Below are positions 43,495 to 54,981 of a DNA stretch of 64,000 nucleotides, piece by piece. The translations under genes were made by a program, and so were the position numbers. This stretch comes from Acidobacteriota bacterium (GTDB lineage: Bacteria; Acidobacteriota; UBA890; WLXD01), in NCBI GenBank assembly GCA_965205505.1, contig CBDBHB010000009.1:2976001-3040000 (forward strand), in the 5' to 3' direction. Numbering within the stretch: the stretch's first letter is position 1; every line of letters begins with the position of its first letter. Under the pieces are notes generated by a model that was not told where the DNA came from, ran no database searches, and worked only from the letters and a program-made list of their open reading frames with translations.

Positions 43495-44614
43495 CGCGCG
43501 ATCGGCCGTGCCCCCCTGGGCGTGGTATTGCGTGAATACATTGTCAGCGAGGCTATGGCGTCCCTGGACATTCCCTCAACGCGCTCGCTGGCGGCCGTGA
43601 CCACTGGCGAGCAGGTATACCGGGAGACCGCCCTGCCCGGCGCAGTCCTGGCCCGCGTGGCTCAGAGCCATATCCGTATTGGTACCTTTCAGTTTTTTGC
43701 CTCAAAGCAGGATACCGAAGCACTGCAAATGCTGGTGGCCCACGTGATAGCTCGCCACTACCCGGACCTGGCCGCGGCAGACAATCCCGCGCAGGCGCTG
43801 CTGCAGGAAGTCGTAAGCCAGCAGGCACAACTGGTGGCTCGCTGGCAACTGGTGGGCTTTATCCACGGGGTGATGAATACGGACAATATGCTGCTTTCCG
43901 GGGAAACCATTGATTACGGGCCCTGTGCCTTTATGGATGATTTCAATCCCGACACGGTCTACAGCTCCATTGACCACGGCGGCCGTTATGCCTACCGCAA
44001 CCAGCCCCGCATCGCCCACTGGAACCTGGCCTTCCTGGCACAGACCCTGTTACCACTGCTGCATGAAGTCCAGGAGCAAGCCGTAACGCTGGCGAAGGAG
44101 AGCATTGATGCGTTTCCCGATTTGTTCCGGGACGCCCACCAGCAGGGCATTGCTTGCAAGCTTGGCTTTCGGCCCGAGGGTGAAGAGGACGAATCCCTGC
44201 TACAGGACCTGTTGTCAGTGATGGCGGAGACCGGTGTGGGACTTCACCCTCAGTTTCCGGCACCTGGCCGACCTCGCCAACGGGGACGCGGGCGACGAAG
44301 GCGTCAGCGCTATTTTTGAATTCCCGCAAGTATTCAATTCATGGCTGGAGCGCTGGCGGAAGCGACTGGAAAAAGAACCGACCACGCCCGCCGGGCGACA
44401 GGGATCCATGTACGCAGCCAACCCGGCCTTCATTCCGCGCAATCACCTCGTGGAAGAAGCGATTGAGGCGGCTACCACCGACAGTGATTTCGAGCCATTT
44501 CACGCCCTGGTGGAGCGTCTAGCAAAGCCCTTTGAGTACGATCCGTCCCAATCGCGCCTGGCCCTGCCGCCACGACCGGAGCAAGTCGTGCGACAGACTT
44601 TCTGCGGGACGTAA
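43495..44614 (+). pseudogene. selO: SelO/YdiU protein adenylyltransferase, 5' truncated and frameshifted (~44237)
   Basis: GRAPL..LREYIVSEAM, SHIRIGTFQ, GFIHGVMNTDN, IDYGPCAF, NPAFIPRNH, QTFCGT. Confidence 0.9.
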
Positions 44615-44891
44615 TGACGCTACCCGGAAGATGCGCAGTGCTTGAAGCCGGCACCTACCGTCAGAGGATTACCGTGCGCTGGCCGTTCAGCAGCACCCGC
44701 TGTTCGTCCTTTCGCACAGCCCGGCCCCTTAAGCTCCTTTGTAGCCGTATCTTCTGAAAGCACGCCAGTGGCGAATCCTTCGGGTGCTCCTCCGGCGCGC
44801 TTCGGCTCCAGAATCGTTTTGGAACAGTCGCTCAGGGCACGCTGGTTAAGCGGCGGGAGCGGCTATCGGTGATTGCGGCGACCGTTGCCGC

Positions 44892-46178
44892 TCATCGAGC
44901 TCGTCTGGACACTCCAGCCCTCCATTCCTTCCACCGCGACCACCGCTTTCTCCTTGATGACGACGGTTTGATCGACACATCGCCACCGCCCTTCAACTCC
45001 ATCACCGCATCGAGCACGTTCTGCGCCACGGCTCTGAAGATCTTGGTGACTTCGCTGTCGGGGTGCTCGACAACGTAGGGTGTGCCTGCATCGCCCGCAA
45101 TGGCAATCTGCGGATCGAGCGGCAGCGCGCCCAGGAACGGCACTCCGAGCTCGTCTGCCGTTCGCCGCCCGCCATCGGTGCTGAAAACGTGCGTGCGATG
45201 CCCGCACTCCGGACACGTGAAGACCGACATGTTTTCCACCAGGCCGAGCACCGGCACATCGACTTCCTGGAACATGCGGAGCCCTTTACGGGCGTCGATC
45301 AACGCTACATCCTGCGGCGTGGTAACGATCACCGCGCCATCGAGCGGCGCCGATTGAGTCAACGTGAGTTGCGCATCGCCGGTGCCTGGAGGTAGGTCGA
45401 TCACCAGCACCTCAACGCCGCGCCAGTCGACGTCGCGGAGGAACTGACGTACCGCCTTCATCACCATCGGCCCGCGCCAGATCACCGGATCGTCTTCGGG
45501 CTGCAGGAAACCGAGCGACATGAGCTTCATACCGAACTTGTCGACCGGCACCATCACCCGCTTGCCGTCGAGATCGATGATCTTCGGCTGCTCATGGGTG
45601 CCCAGCATCGTGGGTACCGAGGGACCGTAAATATCTGCATCCATCAGGCCGACGTGCTGGCCGAGCTGCGCCAGGGCGGCCGAGAGATTCACCGCCACGG
45701 TCGACTTCCCCACGCCTCCCTTTCCCGAGGCCACCGCCACCACGTACTTCACCCCACTGAGGGGGGTGCGGTCGTACAGCGCCGCCGGTCGGCCGGCGGC
45801 CGCAGGCCCGGTATCAGGCGCCGGCGGTCCGCCCGTCGTAGAACCAGCTCGGGGGCCGGCCGCATCGCCGAGGCCGGAAATGGTCGCACCGCCCGGTGAC
45901 TGGCCTGGCTGGGTCGCCGGAGCGCCCTTTGACTCGGGGGCCGAGATTTCGAGGCTGACGCTGTCGACCCCGTCCAGCGCCATCAACGCATCGCGCGATG
46001 CGCGGGCGATCTGCTGCTGATGTTCCGGCGAGCCGATCGGGATATCGAGACGGACGGTCACCCCGCCACCGTCGATTCGCACTGCCTCGACAAAGCCGAA
46101 CGACACGATGTCGCGCGACAGCCCTGGAAACTTCACGGAAGTCAGAGCTTCACGAATACGCTCTTCGTTGATGGCCAA
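44892..46178 (-). CDS. mrp: Mrp/NBP35 (ApbC) Fe-S carrier ATPase; extreme 3' end probably replaced
   Basis: RDIVSFGFV N-domain, ASGKGGVGKST, WRGPM, DLPPGTGD, VTTPQ, ENMS..CPEC. Confidence 0.92.
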   Translation of the reverse strand: MAINEERIREALTSVKFPGLSRDIVSFGFVEAVRIDGGGVTVRLDIPIGSPEHQQQIARASRDALMALDGVDSVSLEISAPESKGAPATQPGQSPGGATISGLGDAAGPRAGSTTGGPPAPDTGPAAAGRPAALYDRTPLSGVKYVVAVASGKGGVGKSTVAVNLSAALAQLGQHVGLMDADIYGPSVPTMLGTHEQPKIIDLDGKRVMVPVDKFGMKLMSLGFLQPEDDPVIWRGPMVMKAVRQFLRDVDWRGVEVLVIDLPPGTGDAQLTLTQSAPLDGAVIVTTPQDVALIDARKGLRMFQEVDVPVLGLVENMSVFTCPECGHRTHVFSTDGGRRTADELGVPFLGALPLDPQIAIAGDAGTPYVVEHPDSEVTKIFRAVAQNVLDAVMELKGGGDVSIKPSSSRRKRWSRWKEWRAGVSRRAR

Positions 46179-46474
46179 TGGCCGGGGCTCCTCCTCCATC
46201 CATCCAGTCGATGCCAATCCATCTCCCGCCCAGCGGTCCGACGGTCTCACGCCGAGCGCGGAAACTCTCAAACAAAGATAGCGCGATCCCCCGGTTCCGG
46301 TATACGAGCGGCCTCGATGATTCAAGCCAAGGGACGGAAGCCAAGTATCATACGATAGCCACATTGATCTTTTTGGGGAGTCTCTTTGGCGTCGGGATGC
46401 TACCGCTGAAGGAATTGTTTCAGTTTGCCGTCGACAATAGGGTGGCCATCTTCGAAGCAAGTGGCAGATCAGCG

Positions 46475-47506
46475 ATGAAGGTAACCTCCAGCGGCCGAAC
46501 CCTTGGCGTGCGCGACCGGTTGGACAGGCCGATGCGCGACCTGCGAATCTCGATCACCGACCGCTGCAACTTCCGCTGTCGCTATTGCATGCCCAGGGAG
46601 GTCTTCGGCGAGGGCTACCAGTTCCTGCCGCGCGAGGAGATCCTCAGCTTCGAGGAGATCACTCGCCTCGTCCACATCTTCCGCGGACTAGGCGTCCGCA
46701 AGGTGCGCCTCACGGGCGGGGAGCCACTTCTGCGCAGCGAGCTGCCAAAGCTCATTGGCATGCTGGCTGAGATCCCTGGCCTGGAGATCGCCATGACCAC
46801 AAACGGCTCGCTGCTAGCGCAGCAGGCGCAGGCGCTGGCAGAGGCCGGGCCTGTGCGCCTCACGGTGAGCATCGACTCGCTGGACGAAGCCGTTTTCCAA
46901 GCGATGAACGACGCAGACTTCCCTGTCTCGCGCGTGCTAGAGGGCATCGAGGCGGCCACCGCCGCGGGGCTGGGACCGCTAAAGGTCAACGCGGTCGTAC
47001 GCCGCGGAGTCAACGACCACACGGTAGTGGGACTGGCGCGGTACTTCCAGGGCAGCGGCCACATCCTGAGGTTCATCGAGTACATGGATGTTGGCAGCAC
47101 CAACGGCTGGCGCATAGAGGAGGTGGTTCCCGGCGCCGAGATCATCGAGCGCATCAGTGCCGAGATGCCCCTGGAGCCGCTGGATCCGAATTACCGTGGC
47201 GAGGTAGCGAAGCGGTGGCGGTACGCTGACGGAGATGGCGAGATCGGCGTGATCACCTCCGTGACGCAGCCGTTCTGTGTTGATTGCACGCGCGCCCGGC
47301 TGTCAGCGGCGGGCGAACTCTACACTTGCCTATTCGCTGCTGCCGGCACCGACCTTCGAACTCCGCTGCGGGACGGAACCAACGAGGAAGAGATCGGCGA
47401 ACGGCTGCGCCGGCTATGGGGTGTACGCGAAGACCGATACTCAGAGATGCGTTCCGAAGAGACGAGGGATCTTCAGCGGATCGAAATGTCCTATATCGGC
47501 GGGTAG
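46475..47506 (+). CDS. moaA: GTP 3',8-cyclase
   Basis: DRCNFRCRYCMP radical-SAM motif, FCVDCTRARL..YTCLF, C-terminal MSYIGG. Confidence 0.96.
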   Translation: MKVTSSGRTLGVRDRLDRPMRDLRISITDRCNFRCRYCMPREVFGEGYQFLPREEILSFEEITRLVHIFRGLGVRKVRLTGGEPLLRSELPKLIGMLAEIPGLEIAMTTNGSLLAQQAQALAEAGPVRLTVSIDSLDEAVFQAMNDADFPVSRVLEGIEAATAAGLGPLKVNAVVRRGVNDHTVVGLARYFQGSGHILRFIEYMDVGSTNGWRIEEVVPGAEIIERISAEMPLEPLDPNYRGEVAKRWRYADGDGEIGVITSVTQPFCVDCTRARLSAAGELYTCLFAAAGTDLRTPLRDGTNEEEIGERLRRLWGVREDRYSEMRSEETRDLQRIEMSYIGG

Positions 47507-47573
47507 TGGTCATGGGACCCATGATTACGGTGCGCTCATCTCGCCCGCTCTGCCGATAGGCTTTAGGTGCCGA

Positions 47574-49256
47574 TCACTCCAGTTCGAGATCGGTAACAGC
47601 GCCGAGGTCGGCGCTGGAAACCAGCCGCGCGTACTTGGCGAGAACGCCGCGCGAATAACGGGGAGCCGGCGGCTCCCAGGCGGTGCGGCGGCGCCGCAGC
47701 TCCTCCTCGTCGACCTCCAGTTGGAGCTTCCGCGCCGGCGCATCGATCGTGACCGTGTCGCCTTCGTGCACCAGCGCGATCGGCCCGCCGACGGCTGCCT
47801 CCGGCACGACGTGGCCGACCACCATGCCATAGGTGCCACCGCTGAATCGTCCATCCGTGATGAGCCCGACCGAATCTCCGAGCCCGGCACCGATGAGGGC
47901 GCTCGTTGGAGCCAGCATCTCGCGCATGCCGGGTCCACCGCGGGGGCCTTCGTAGCGAACCACGACGATGTCGCCAGCGCCGATCTCACCGGCGAGGATC
48001 GCGCTCAAGCTGTCCTCCTCGCAATCGAACACCCGGGCCGGACCCGATAAGCGCGGGTTCTTGACGCCCGAGAGCTTCGCCACGCTGCCGCCCGGCGCCA
48101 GGTTGCCACGAAGGATCGCCAGGTGGCCGGTCGGGTAAAGGGGTTGGCCCCACGGTCGGATCACGTCCTGGTTGGAGGGTGGCACCGGCGGGACCTCTGC
48201 CAGACTCTCGGCGATGGTTGCACCCGTCACCGTGCGGCAGTCTCCATCGAGGACACCGTGCTCGAGCAGCACCTTCATGACCTGAGGCACGCCGCCGGCA
48301 CGATGGAAGTCGACCGTCACATACCGACCACTGGGCTTCAGGTCGCACAGGACGGGCACCCGAGCACCGACCAGCTCGAAGTCGTCGAGGCTGAGCTCCA
48401 CGCCCGTCGAATGGGCGATGGCGGGCAGGTGCAGCACCGCGTTCGTCGAACCCCCGATCGCTATGGTGACGGCCACGGCGTTCAGGAGCGCCTGGCGCGT
48501 CACGATGTCTCGCGGCAGCCGATCGGCTGCGATGCAGTCGGCGAGGACGCGAGCCGACTCGGCCGCGCTCTCGGCCTTCTCCGCGTCCTCCGTGGCCATG
48601 GTGGACGAGTACGGGAGGCTCATCCCCATCGCCTCGATGGCGCTCGACATGGTGTTGGCTGTGAACATCCCACCACACGAGCCTGCGCCGGGGCAGGCGT
48701 TGCGCTCGATCGCCGCGAGTTCCTCGTCCGTTATTCTGCCGGCGGCGTGCTCTCCAACCGCCTCGAACGCGCTTACCACCGTCAGGTCGCAGCCTGCGTG
48801 GTGACCCGGCTTGATGGTGCCTCCGTAGACGAACACCGCGGGAATGTTCAGGCGCCCGATGGCCATCATGGCACCGGGCATGTTCTTGTCACACCCGCCC
48901 AGGGCGAGAACGCCGTCGAAGCTCTGGCCGTTGCATACGGTCTCGATGGAATCGGCGATGACCTCGCGCGAAACCAGCGAGTATTTCATCCCCTCGGTGC
49001 CCATCGAGATGCCGTCGGCCACGGTGATCGTCCCGAACTCGAGAGCGCGAGCGCCCGCCTCGTGTAGCGCGCTCCGAGCGCGCTCCGAGAGCGCGCCGAG
49101 GCCTATGTTGCACGGCGTCAGGTTCGAGTGGGCGTTCGCGATACCGACGATCGGCTTGTCGAAGTCCTCGTCCTCGAATCCGACCGCACGGAGCATCGCC
49201 CGATTGGGAGCGCGCTGCACTCCTTCCGTCACGGCACTGCTACGTCGTTTCCTCAA
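47574..49256 (-). CDS. ilvD: dihydroxy-acid dehydratase
   Basis: [46 protein letters not shown]. Confidence 0.96.
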   Translation of the reverse strand: MRKRRSSAVTEGVQRAPNRAMLRAVGFEDEDFDKPIVGIANAHSNLTPCNIGLGALSERARSALHEAGARALEFGTITVADGISMGTEGMKYSLVSREVIADSIETVCNGQSFDGVLALGGCDKNMPGAMMAIGRLNIPAVFVYGGTIKPGHHAGCDLTVVSAFEAVGEHAAGRITDEELAAIERNACPGAGSCGGMFTANTMSSAIEAMGMSLPYSSTMATEDAEKAESAAESARVLADCIAADRLPRDIVTRQALLNAVAVTIAIGGSTNAVLHLPAIAHSTGVELSLDDFELVGARVPVLCDLKPSGRYVTVDFHRAGGVPQVMKVLLEHGVLDGDCRTVTGATIAESLAEVPPVPPSNQDVIRPWGQPLYPTGHLAILRGNLAPGGSVAKLSGVKNPRLSGPARVFDCEEDSLSAILAGEIGAGDIVVVRYEGPRGGPGMREMLAPTSALIGAGLGDSVGLITDGRFSGGTYGMVVGHVVPEAAVGGPIALVHEGDTVTIDAPARKLQLEVDEEELRRRRTAWEPPAPRYSRGVLAKYARLVSSADLGAVTDLELE

Positions 49257-49519
49257 TGTTACCTCAGCTTAAGCTGAAAACGTCGTTTGTGCGCTACAGG
49301 CGATCGGTGCCGGCGATGAACACGTCGTCACCGTTTGGGCCCGCTTGCACACTACTATTGGAAATTTCAAGTCGTTACTCAACCGGTTGATAGCCGACAC
49401 GTGCAGTTTCGGTCTGCGTCCCTGCTTCTATCGTTAAATTCGGTAGTAGTGGACTTTTATGGTCCGCGCCAGGCGGTAGGGATTGTTTCTTGCGCTCTAG
49501 GGATTAGGAAAGAGATGCG

Positions 49520-50699
49520 ATGACTGTCGCAGAAAAATGGCTGACTATGATGCTGCTTTGTTTGTCTGGCAGCACCATTTACTGGATGCCGTTTTTTTCA
49601 GAGATTTATTATGTACCCATGCAGGACGCCTTTGGTTTTTCCAATACGCAACTGGGCGTTCTATCAAGTACTTTTGGAGTTACGTCGCTGATTGGCTATT
49701 TCCCGGGTGGGTGGTTAGCGGATCGCTTTTCATCACGCAAACTCATATCTGTCGCCCTGGTGATTACGGCGGCGGGTGCGTTTGTATTCTCGACGATGCC
49801 GTCATTCGAGATATGTGTGCTTTTGTTCGGCCTGTGGGGAATAGCAACCGCGTGCGTGTTTTGGTCAGCGATGATCAAGGCAACACGTAACTGGGCCTCC
49901 AGCGCTGAACAAGGGCGGGCGTTCGGCATACTCGAAGGAGGGAGGAAATTTGTTGATATGGCCTCCGCCGCACTCCTTTTAGCTATCTTCGCTTTCCGCG
50001 GCGGTGATGATGCCGCGCTCTCCGAAATTATCCAGATTCTTGCCGTATCCACTCTGGTTTTGGCAGTTCTCGTTTGGACGGTCATGAAAGATGCTAGCTC
50101 CCACGACGATTACCGGGAGGAACCGCCAACCCATACTGCCGCAGGAATAATAGAGGTCCTGAAATTGCCGATTGTGTAGATGATGGCGATTATCATCATG
50201 GCTGCCTATAGCGGATTATGGGGTGCGATCTATTTAACGCCTTACGCAACTGAAGTGTATGAATTGGGCTCCATCTTGGGCGGCGCGATCGGGGTGGGCA
50301 AGCTATGGCTTGCGGCCCTTGCGGCCATCGCCGCAGGATTTATCGCAGACAATATAGGCACGGCGAAAGCCATTGTAGGGTCTTTCGTTCTAATGACATC
50401 TGGCTTTCTCATTTTCGGGCTCCTACCAGGGGGACCGAGTCTTGTGCCGCTATTGTTGATGAATGGTGCCCTCATTTCCTGCGCTGTATACGGCCTGCGT
50501 GGGATATATGTTGCCCTCCTGGAACAGGGTGGTGTTCCTGTTGCTATTACGGGTACTGCGACAGGTGTCGTCTCCGTGATTGGCTATATGCCTGACATGT
50601 TTCGACCCGTGCTGGGTGGCATGATCTTAGATGCGAGTCCAGGTGCCGACGGGTATCAGAACTTATTTCTTTTTGTTGCGGCTCTGAATTTTCTCGGTC
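49520..50699 (+). pseudogene. MFS transporter with in-frame TAG (50177) and IS truncation
   Basis: GGWLADRFSSRKL, EQGRAFGILEGGR; noticeably lower GC. Confidence 0.85.
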
Positions 50700-52072
50700 T
50701 GACCTTGCCCCGCTTTCCCGGACACTTAGTTAAGATCCATTGTCGTAGTCGTATTAGCGGCTGTGGGAGCTGTTGGCAACGCGGAGCGTTGTCCAAGCGA
50801 CGGTGGAAATCGGGAGTCGATTTCCACGGGCGCGTCAGCTTCCACAGCTGATTGGCCGCTCTGGCCTGGCCGCCGCATTGCCGCCTCGAACTGAGCCGGA
50901 CTCTGGTCTCCGATCGAGGTGTGCATGCGAGCCCGGTTGTAGAACACTTCGATGTAGTGGAACAACTCGGCTCGGGCCGCCGCCCGGGAACTGAAGCAGC
51001 CACCGAGTTGGAACTTCAGGGTAGAGAAGAAACTCTCCATCGGCGCGTTATCCCAGCAGTCTCCTTTCCTGCTCATGCTGATGGTGAAGCCACGGTCACG
51101 CAGCTTGTCTAGGTAATCGTCGCTGCTGTACTGGCTGCCGCGGTCGCTGTGATGGAGCACTCCGGAACCGGGACGGCGTTGCTCCAAGGCCTGATCCAGG
51201 ACCGCCAGCGTCAAATCGTCCGTCATCGTCTCGCTCACCGCCCAGCCGATGATCCGTCGCGAGCACAGATCCATCAGCACGGCCAGGTATAGCCATCCTT
51301 CCTGCGTCCACAGGTATGTCAGGTCGCCCACCCAGACGCTGTCCACGGCATCCACCGTGAAGCGCCGTGCCAGCACGTTGGGCGCCGCTGACCGGCCAGG
51401 TGTGGGCCGTGTTGTCACCTGGAACCGACGGGGTTGGCGAGCTCGAAGTCCTTCCTGGCGCATCAGCCGAGCTACCCGCTTGCGAGAGCAGCGGATCCCT
51501 CGTTGCCGAAGTTGCTTGTGGATGCGCGGACTTCCGTAACGGTCGCGGCTCTCTCGGAATGCAGCTCTGATCTGCACACGTAGACGGCGATCTTCTCGCG
51601 CTCTCGGGCTCGGCCCCCTTCCTCGCCACTCGTAGTAACCGCCGTGAGACACCTCGAGCATCTTGCACAACCGCCGCACCGGGAACTTGCCGGACAGTTG
51701 CTTGATGATCGGGTACTTCATCGCGGGCGTTCCGAGAAGATCGCCAACGCTTTTTTTAGAATGTCGCGCACCTGCCGTACTCGCCGCACGTCCCGCCGTA
51801 GCTGTTGCCCGTCCAGGTCCTGGTCGGGCATCTTCCCCGCGCCCGGAAACGCCGTGACCCCCTGCTCCTGGAGCTGTTTGCGCCACTTGGTCAACATGCC
51901 GCGGCCAACACCCAGATCCCGGGCCACCTCAGACACCGGATGGCCCAGCTGCGTCACCATCCTCACTGCCTCAATCTTGAACTCGCGACTGTACCGCCGT
52001 CGTGACCCCATGCTTCACCTCCGAGCCCATTATCGGACTTCCAAAGGTGTCCGGGAAATCGGGGGAGGCCCA
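50700..52072 (-). mobile_element. IS3-family element (orfA 51718-52011, orfB to 50726), no TSD
   Basis: TIRs TG.....CCCCG.TTTCCCGGACAC; WVGDLTY, HSDRGSQY, ESFFSTLK. Confidence 0.93.
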
Positions 52073-52296
52073 GTGCTGGCTCCCAACGACTCCGCTGCCC
52101 AAGCACCGGCCTCCATGAGCATGCGTACCTGTCGCCAGTGTTCACTGCATAGTGGCCACTTCAACGCCGAGCGCTTGCAGCGCTCCCCACGCTGCGTTAT
52201 CGCAACGCACCGCTTTCCTGACTTGAGCCCCATAGCTACGCCTTCCGGTGGAACCAACCAGGCAGCGACGCGGGCGACCGCCTTGCCCGGCACCAT
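52073..52296 (-). pseudogene. small Cys/His Zn-finger protein truncated by IS
   Basis: CVAITQRGERCKR..LCSEH. Confidence 0.45.
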
Positions 52297-52336
52297 CGGC
52301 CACGTAAGGTGCCCCCCGAAGCCCTCGGTGAGAGTC

Positions 52337-53548
52337 TCATTCCCGTCCCGCGATTTCGATCACGGTGCCGAGGTTCTGGGTGCCGTTCATCGCTGTCCGG
52401 ATCTCACCGCTAATTTGTTCGGCAGCCTCACGCACCGGGTCGATACCTACGTGCGCATAGCGTTCCGTGCTGGCCGCTCGCCGATGCCCTAACACCTTCC
52501 CCACCAGGAGAAGGGAAAGCCCGCTGCTCGCACCCCAAGCGCCAACGGTGTGTCGAAGATCGTGAATCCGGACACCCGAAAGACCGGCGAGTTTCTTCAC
52601 CCGGCGCCAGGGACGAGCCAGGTCGGTCAGATGCTGGCCAGAGCGTTGGCCTTGAATGACCCACGGGTTCCCGGGGCTGCGCGGGATGGTGTCCAAGAGC
52701 TCTAATACAGGGGAAGTGAGTGGAAAGAACTTCTCCCCGGTCTTGGTATCCGGGAGCCTCCCGAGGTTAAGCTCGAAGTCAAGGTGCTCCCAGCGCAACG
52801 TGAGGATCTCGCTTACCCGGCAGCCAGTGAACAACAGGAGGCGAAGCGCAGCAGCAGCGTGAACGGAAACACGGCCGTCGCTCTCCAGTTCTTCTATTGC
52901 GTCGCCGAGTCGCTGAATCTCGGCACGACTCAGGTACCGAGTCCGAGGCTGCTCCGGGTAACGCCGCACGCCGTTACATGGGTTGGAACCGGGCGCGCGT
53001 AGCCCTCGGTGCTCGGCGGTCGTCAGTAAATTGGAGAGCAGGAAAAGCGCGCGATTCGCCGCGTAAGGTGTCGCCTGGAGTCCTCGGTGAAAGCGTCGTA
53101 CGTCGGCTGTCTCTAGCGCCTCAGGGCGTAGGCGTCCGAATGCCGGTACAAGGTGCGTCGTCAGCAACTGCCGATAGGCACGAGCCGTGGAGGGCTTTCG
53201 CTTCGCTGACACTTCAGCCATGTACTCGATGGCTAGGTCTGCGATCGTCACGTGCCGCGCGTTCCGGCGCTGGCTAGCCTCCCGCGGATCCTCCCCGTCG
53301 CTCACTTGTACACGCGCGCGCATGGCTCGCTTGCGTGCCTGGCTGACCGTGAGCGGTCCGTAGTCGCCGAGCGTGAGCCATCGGCCGCGGCCCGCCAGCG
53401 TGTACTTGAAGACGAAAGTCTTACGGCCCGACGGATAGACGCGCACGCCGAATCCCTTGACGTCGCGATCCCACAGGACGAAAGCTCGCTTGGAACTATT
53501 GCTTGCAGGGTAAGATGCCCCGTCCACTACCCGTTTCGTCAGTCGCAT
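52337..53548 (-). CDS. int: tyrosine integrase with arm-binding domain (island C)
   Basis: WDRDVKGFGVRV, TGCRVSE, HDLRH, VLGH, TERY; clearly paralogous to 11627-12862. Confidence 0.95.
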   Translation of the reverse strand: MRLTKRVVDGASYPASNSSKRAFVLWDRDVKGFGVRVYPSGRKTFVFKYTLAGRGRWLTLGDYGPLTVSQARKRAMRARVQVSDGEDPREASQRRNARHVTIADLAIEYMAEVSAKRKPSTARAYRQLLTTHLVPAFGRLRPEALETADVRRFHRGLQATPYAANRALFLLSNLLTTAEHRGLRAPGSNPCNGVRRYPEQPRTRYLSRAEIQRLGDAIEELESDGRVSVHAAAALRLLLFTGCRVSEILTLRWEHLDFELNLGRLPDTKTGEKFFPLTSPVLELLDTIPRSPGNPWVIQGQRSGQHLTDLARPWRRVKKLAGLSGVRIHDLRHTVGAWGASSGLSLLLVGKVLGHRRAASTERYAHVGIDPVREAAEQISGEIRTAMNGTQNLGTVIEIAGRE

Positions 53549-53760
53549 CGGACTGTTGCTCCAGACAATGTTGACTGGTGGGCTCGGCCACGCTTCACGT
53601 ACTGTCTCGCAAGAAGGTGGAGCAACCCAGGAGCAACATTATGGCATCGAATCCCGTAGCATTCCATCCATCACCAATGATAGGTAGGAGCCCGGATAAT
53701 AAGGCTCAAATCGCTAAATATCGTCGATGGATCTAGGCCCATCGTATGGTGGACTCTAAG

Positions 53761-53804
53761 ATTCGTAATCAGCAGGTCCACGGTTCGAATCTGCGCGCCG
53801 GCTC
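53761..53804 (+). repeat. att site 3: 3' half of tRNA-Thr(CGT)
   Basis: 44-bp copy of 13079-13122 with 2 substitutions. Confidence 0.9.
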
Positions 53805-54176
53805 TTTAGATTCAACGATTTACAGCCAGTCACTCTGGAGGCTGACGTTTTGGGGGGTCGGTCTGGGGGTCGGCGAGCGACTTATAGAATCGACTTGTGT
53901 ACGTCGGGAAAAAGCGTCTCCTATATAGGACATCCCTCCGTTCCCGGATCGGGTGGGTAGGCCAGTTGACGCTGTCGCCGCGTTCGGTCACCAACCGCAC
54001 CCCGGAGCGTCGGTGGACCTGTACGCCGTTTACGTCTAGTACGGAACTCTAGTCAAGATGGTGTGGAAATAGGTCAGGCAGTATTTGCTTGCCGAGTGCT
54101 CACCGGTGAATCGCTCGCCGCAGTCATGGTCTTGGGGCAGCGGCCGCTGATTGGATATAGACGGCGACGTTGATGT

Positions 54177-54345
54177 GCTACTCAGCCCGCAGGGCCACCA
54201 GCGGGTCCACCTTCGTCGCGCGGCGGGCGGGGATGTAGCAAGAGCGAGCAGTGCTACGCCGGGCAAGCCCACGGTCACCGTGGCGAACGTGGCTGGATCT
54301 GTGGCTGTCACGCCGTAGAGCTGACTGGCGATCAGCCGCCTCACC
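54177..54345 (-). pseudogene. ABC (MacB/ADOP-type) permease C-terminal fragment
   Basis: SQLYGVTATDPATF..IPARRATKVDPLVALRAE*. Confidence 0.7.
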
Positions 54346-54349
54346 CAAA

Positions 54350-54830
54350 AGGCGGCCATCTTGTGTTCACTATGACGTTGTCTCGCCGGCGACAAGCCAC
54401 GGGGAACGTTCGGGCGGTAGCTCGTCGAGCATCCAGGCGACCTGACCCGTCTCCAAATCGTGGCCGTACGCGTAGCCATGCGGCCAGCGGTTCAGCGTGA
54501 TCGCCTCGATGTCGCGCGCCGGGTCGAAGCCCCCGGCAGACAGTATCCGGCTGAGCTGGTTCCTGATCTTGCGCTCGAAGGTCTCGAACGTCGCCACAAG
54601 CCGACGCCTGGCGGGATGCTTTCCACTGCTCCGGCGCCGAAAGCCCGCGTGCCTCTGGCACCGGAGGAATCTGCAACATGCGCACCACGATGGGCTCGCC
54701 GGGCGTCCCCGAATGTCGGTAGCCTCCGATGCTGCGCGGCCGCGTGAGATCGACGTCCTCGAAATAGCTGCCCGGGCAGCCCACGACGCGGACGCCAAGC
54801 TTGGTGAAGGTGGTGCAGCTAGAATCGTCT
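54350..54830 (-). pseudogene. spermidine-dehydrogenase-like FAD oxidoreductase C-terminal fragment
   Basis: TFETFERKIRNQL..GGFDPARDIEAITLNRWPHGYAY. Confidence 0.7.
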
Positions 54831-54981
54831 GCCTTCCGGCTTCCGGGTTTGAGTTCCAGCCTGGACATTGTCTTTAGTAGAGTAGTGCATATATAAGATA
54901 GGAATTGGTATAAATCCTCGGGACACGCAGGCGGAACGGCCGCTCATACGCTACTGATCGAGTATCGTTGATTGGGACCAA

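Larger units (their letters stand above)
21494..53804. mobile_element. Island C (~32 kb): decayed satellite/prophage-like island bounded by tRNA-Thr repeats
   Basis: att cores at both ends; identical arm-type repeat GGAGCAAC x2 inside both ends (21610/21621 and 53619/53630); integrase at right end; capsid, protease and DUF3631 relics. Confidence 0.75.

Noticed and set aside
42096-44319. Genuine 300-bp antiparallel overlap of DUF3631 and SelO
   Set aside because: Both genes are 5'-truncated at a junction near 43490; the overlap is only open-frame run-through
32360-50179. Amber recoding suggested by in-frame TAGs at 32360, 33965 and 50177
   Set aside because: The expected residues differ (Tyr, Leu, Trp), the same genes have frameshifts or truncations, TAG ends normal genes here, and no pyl genes are visible
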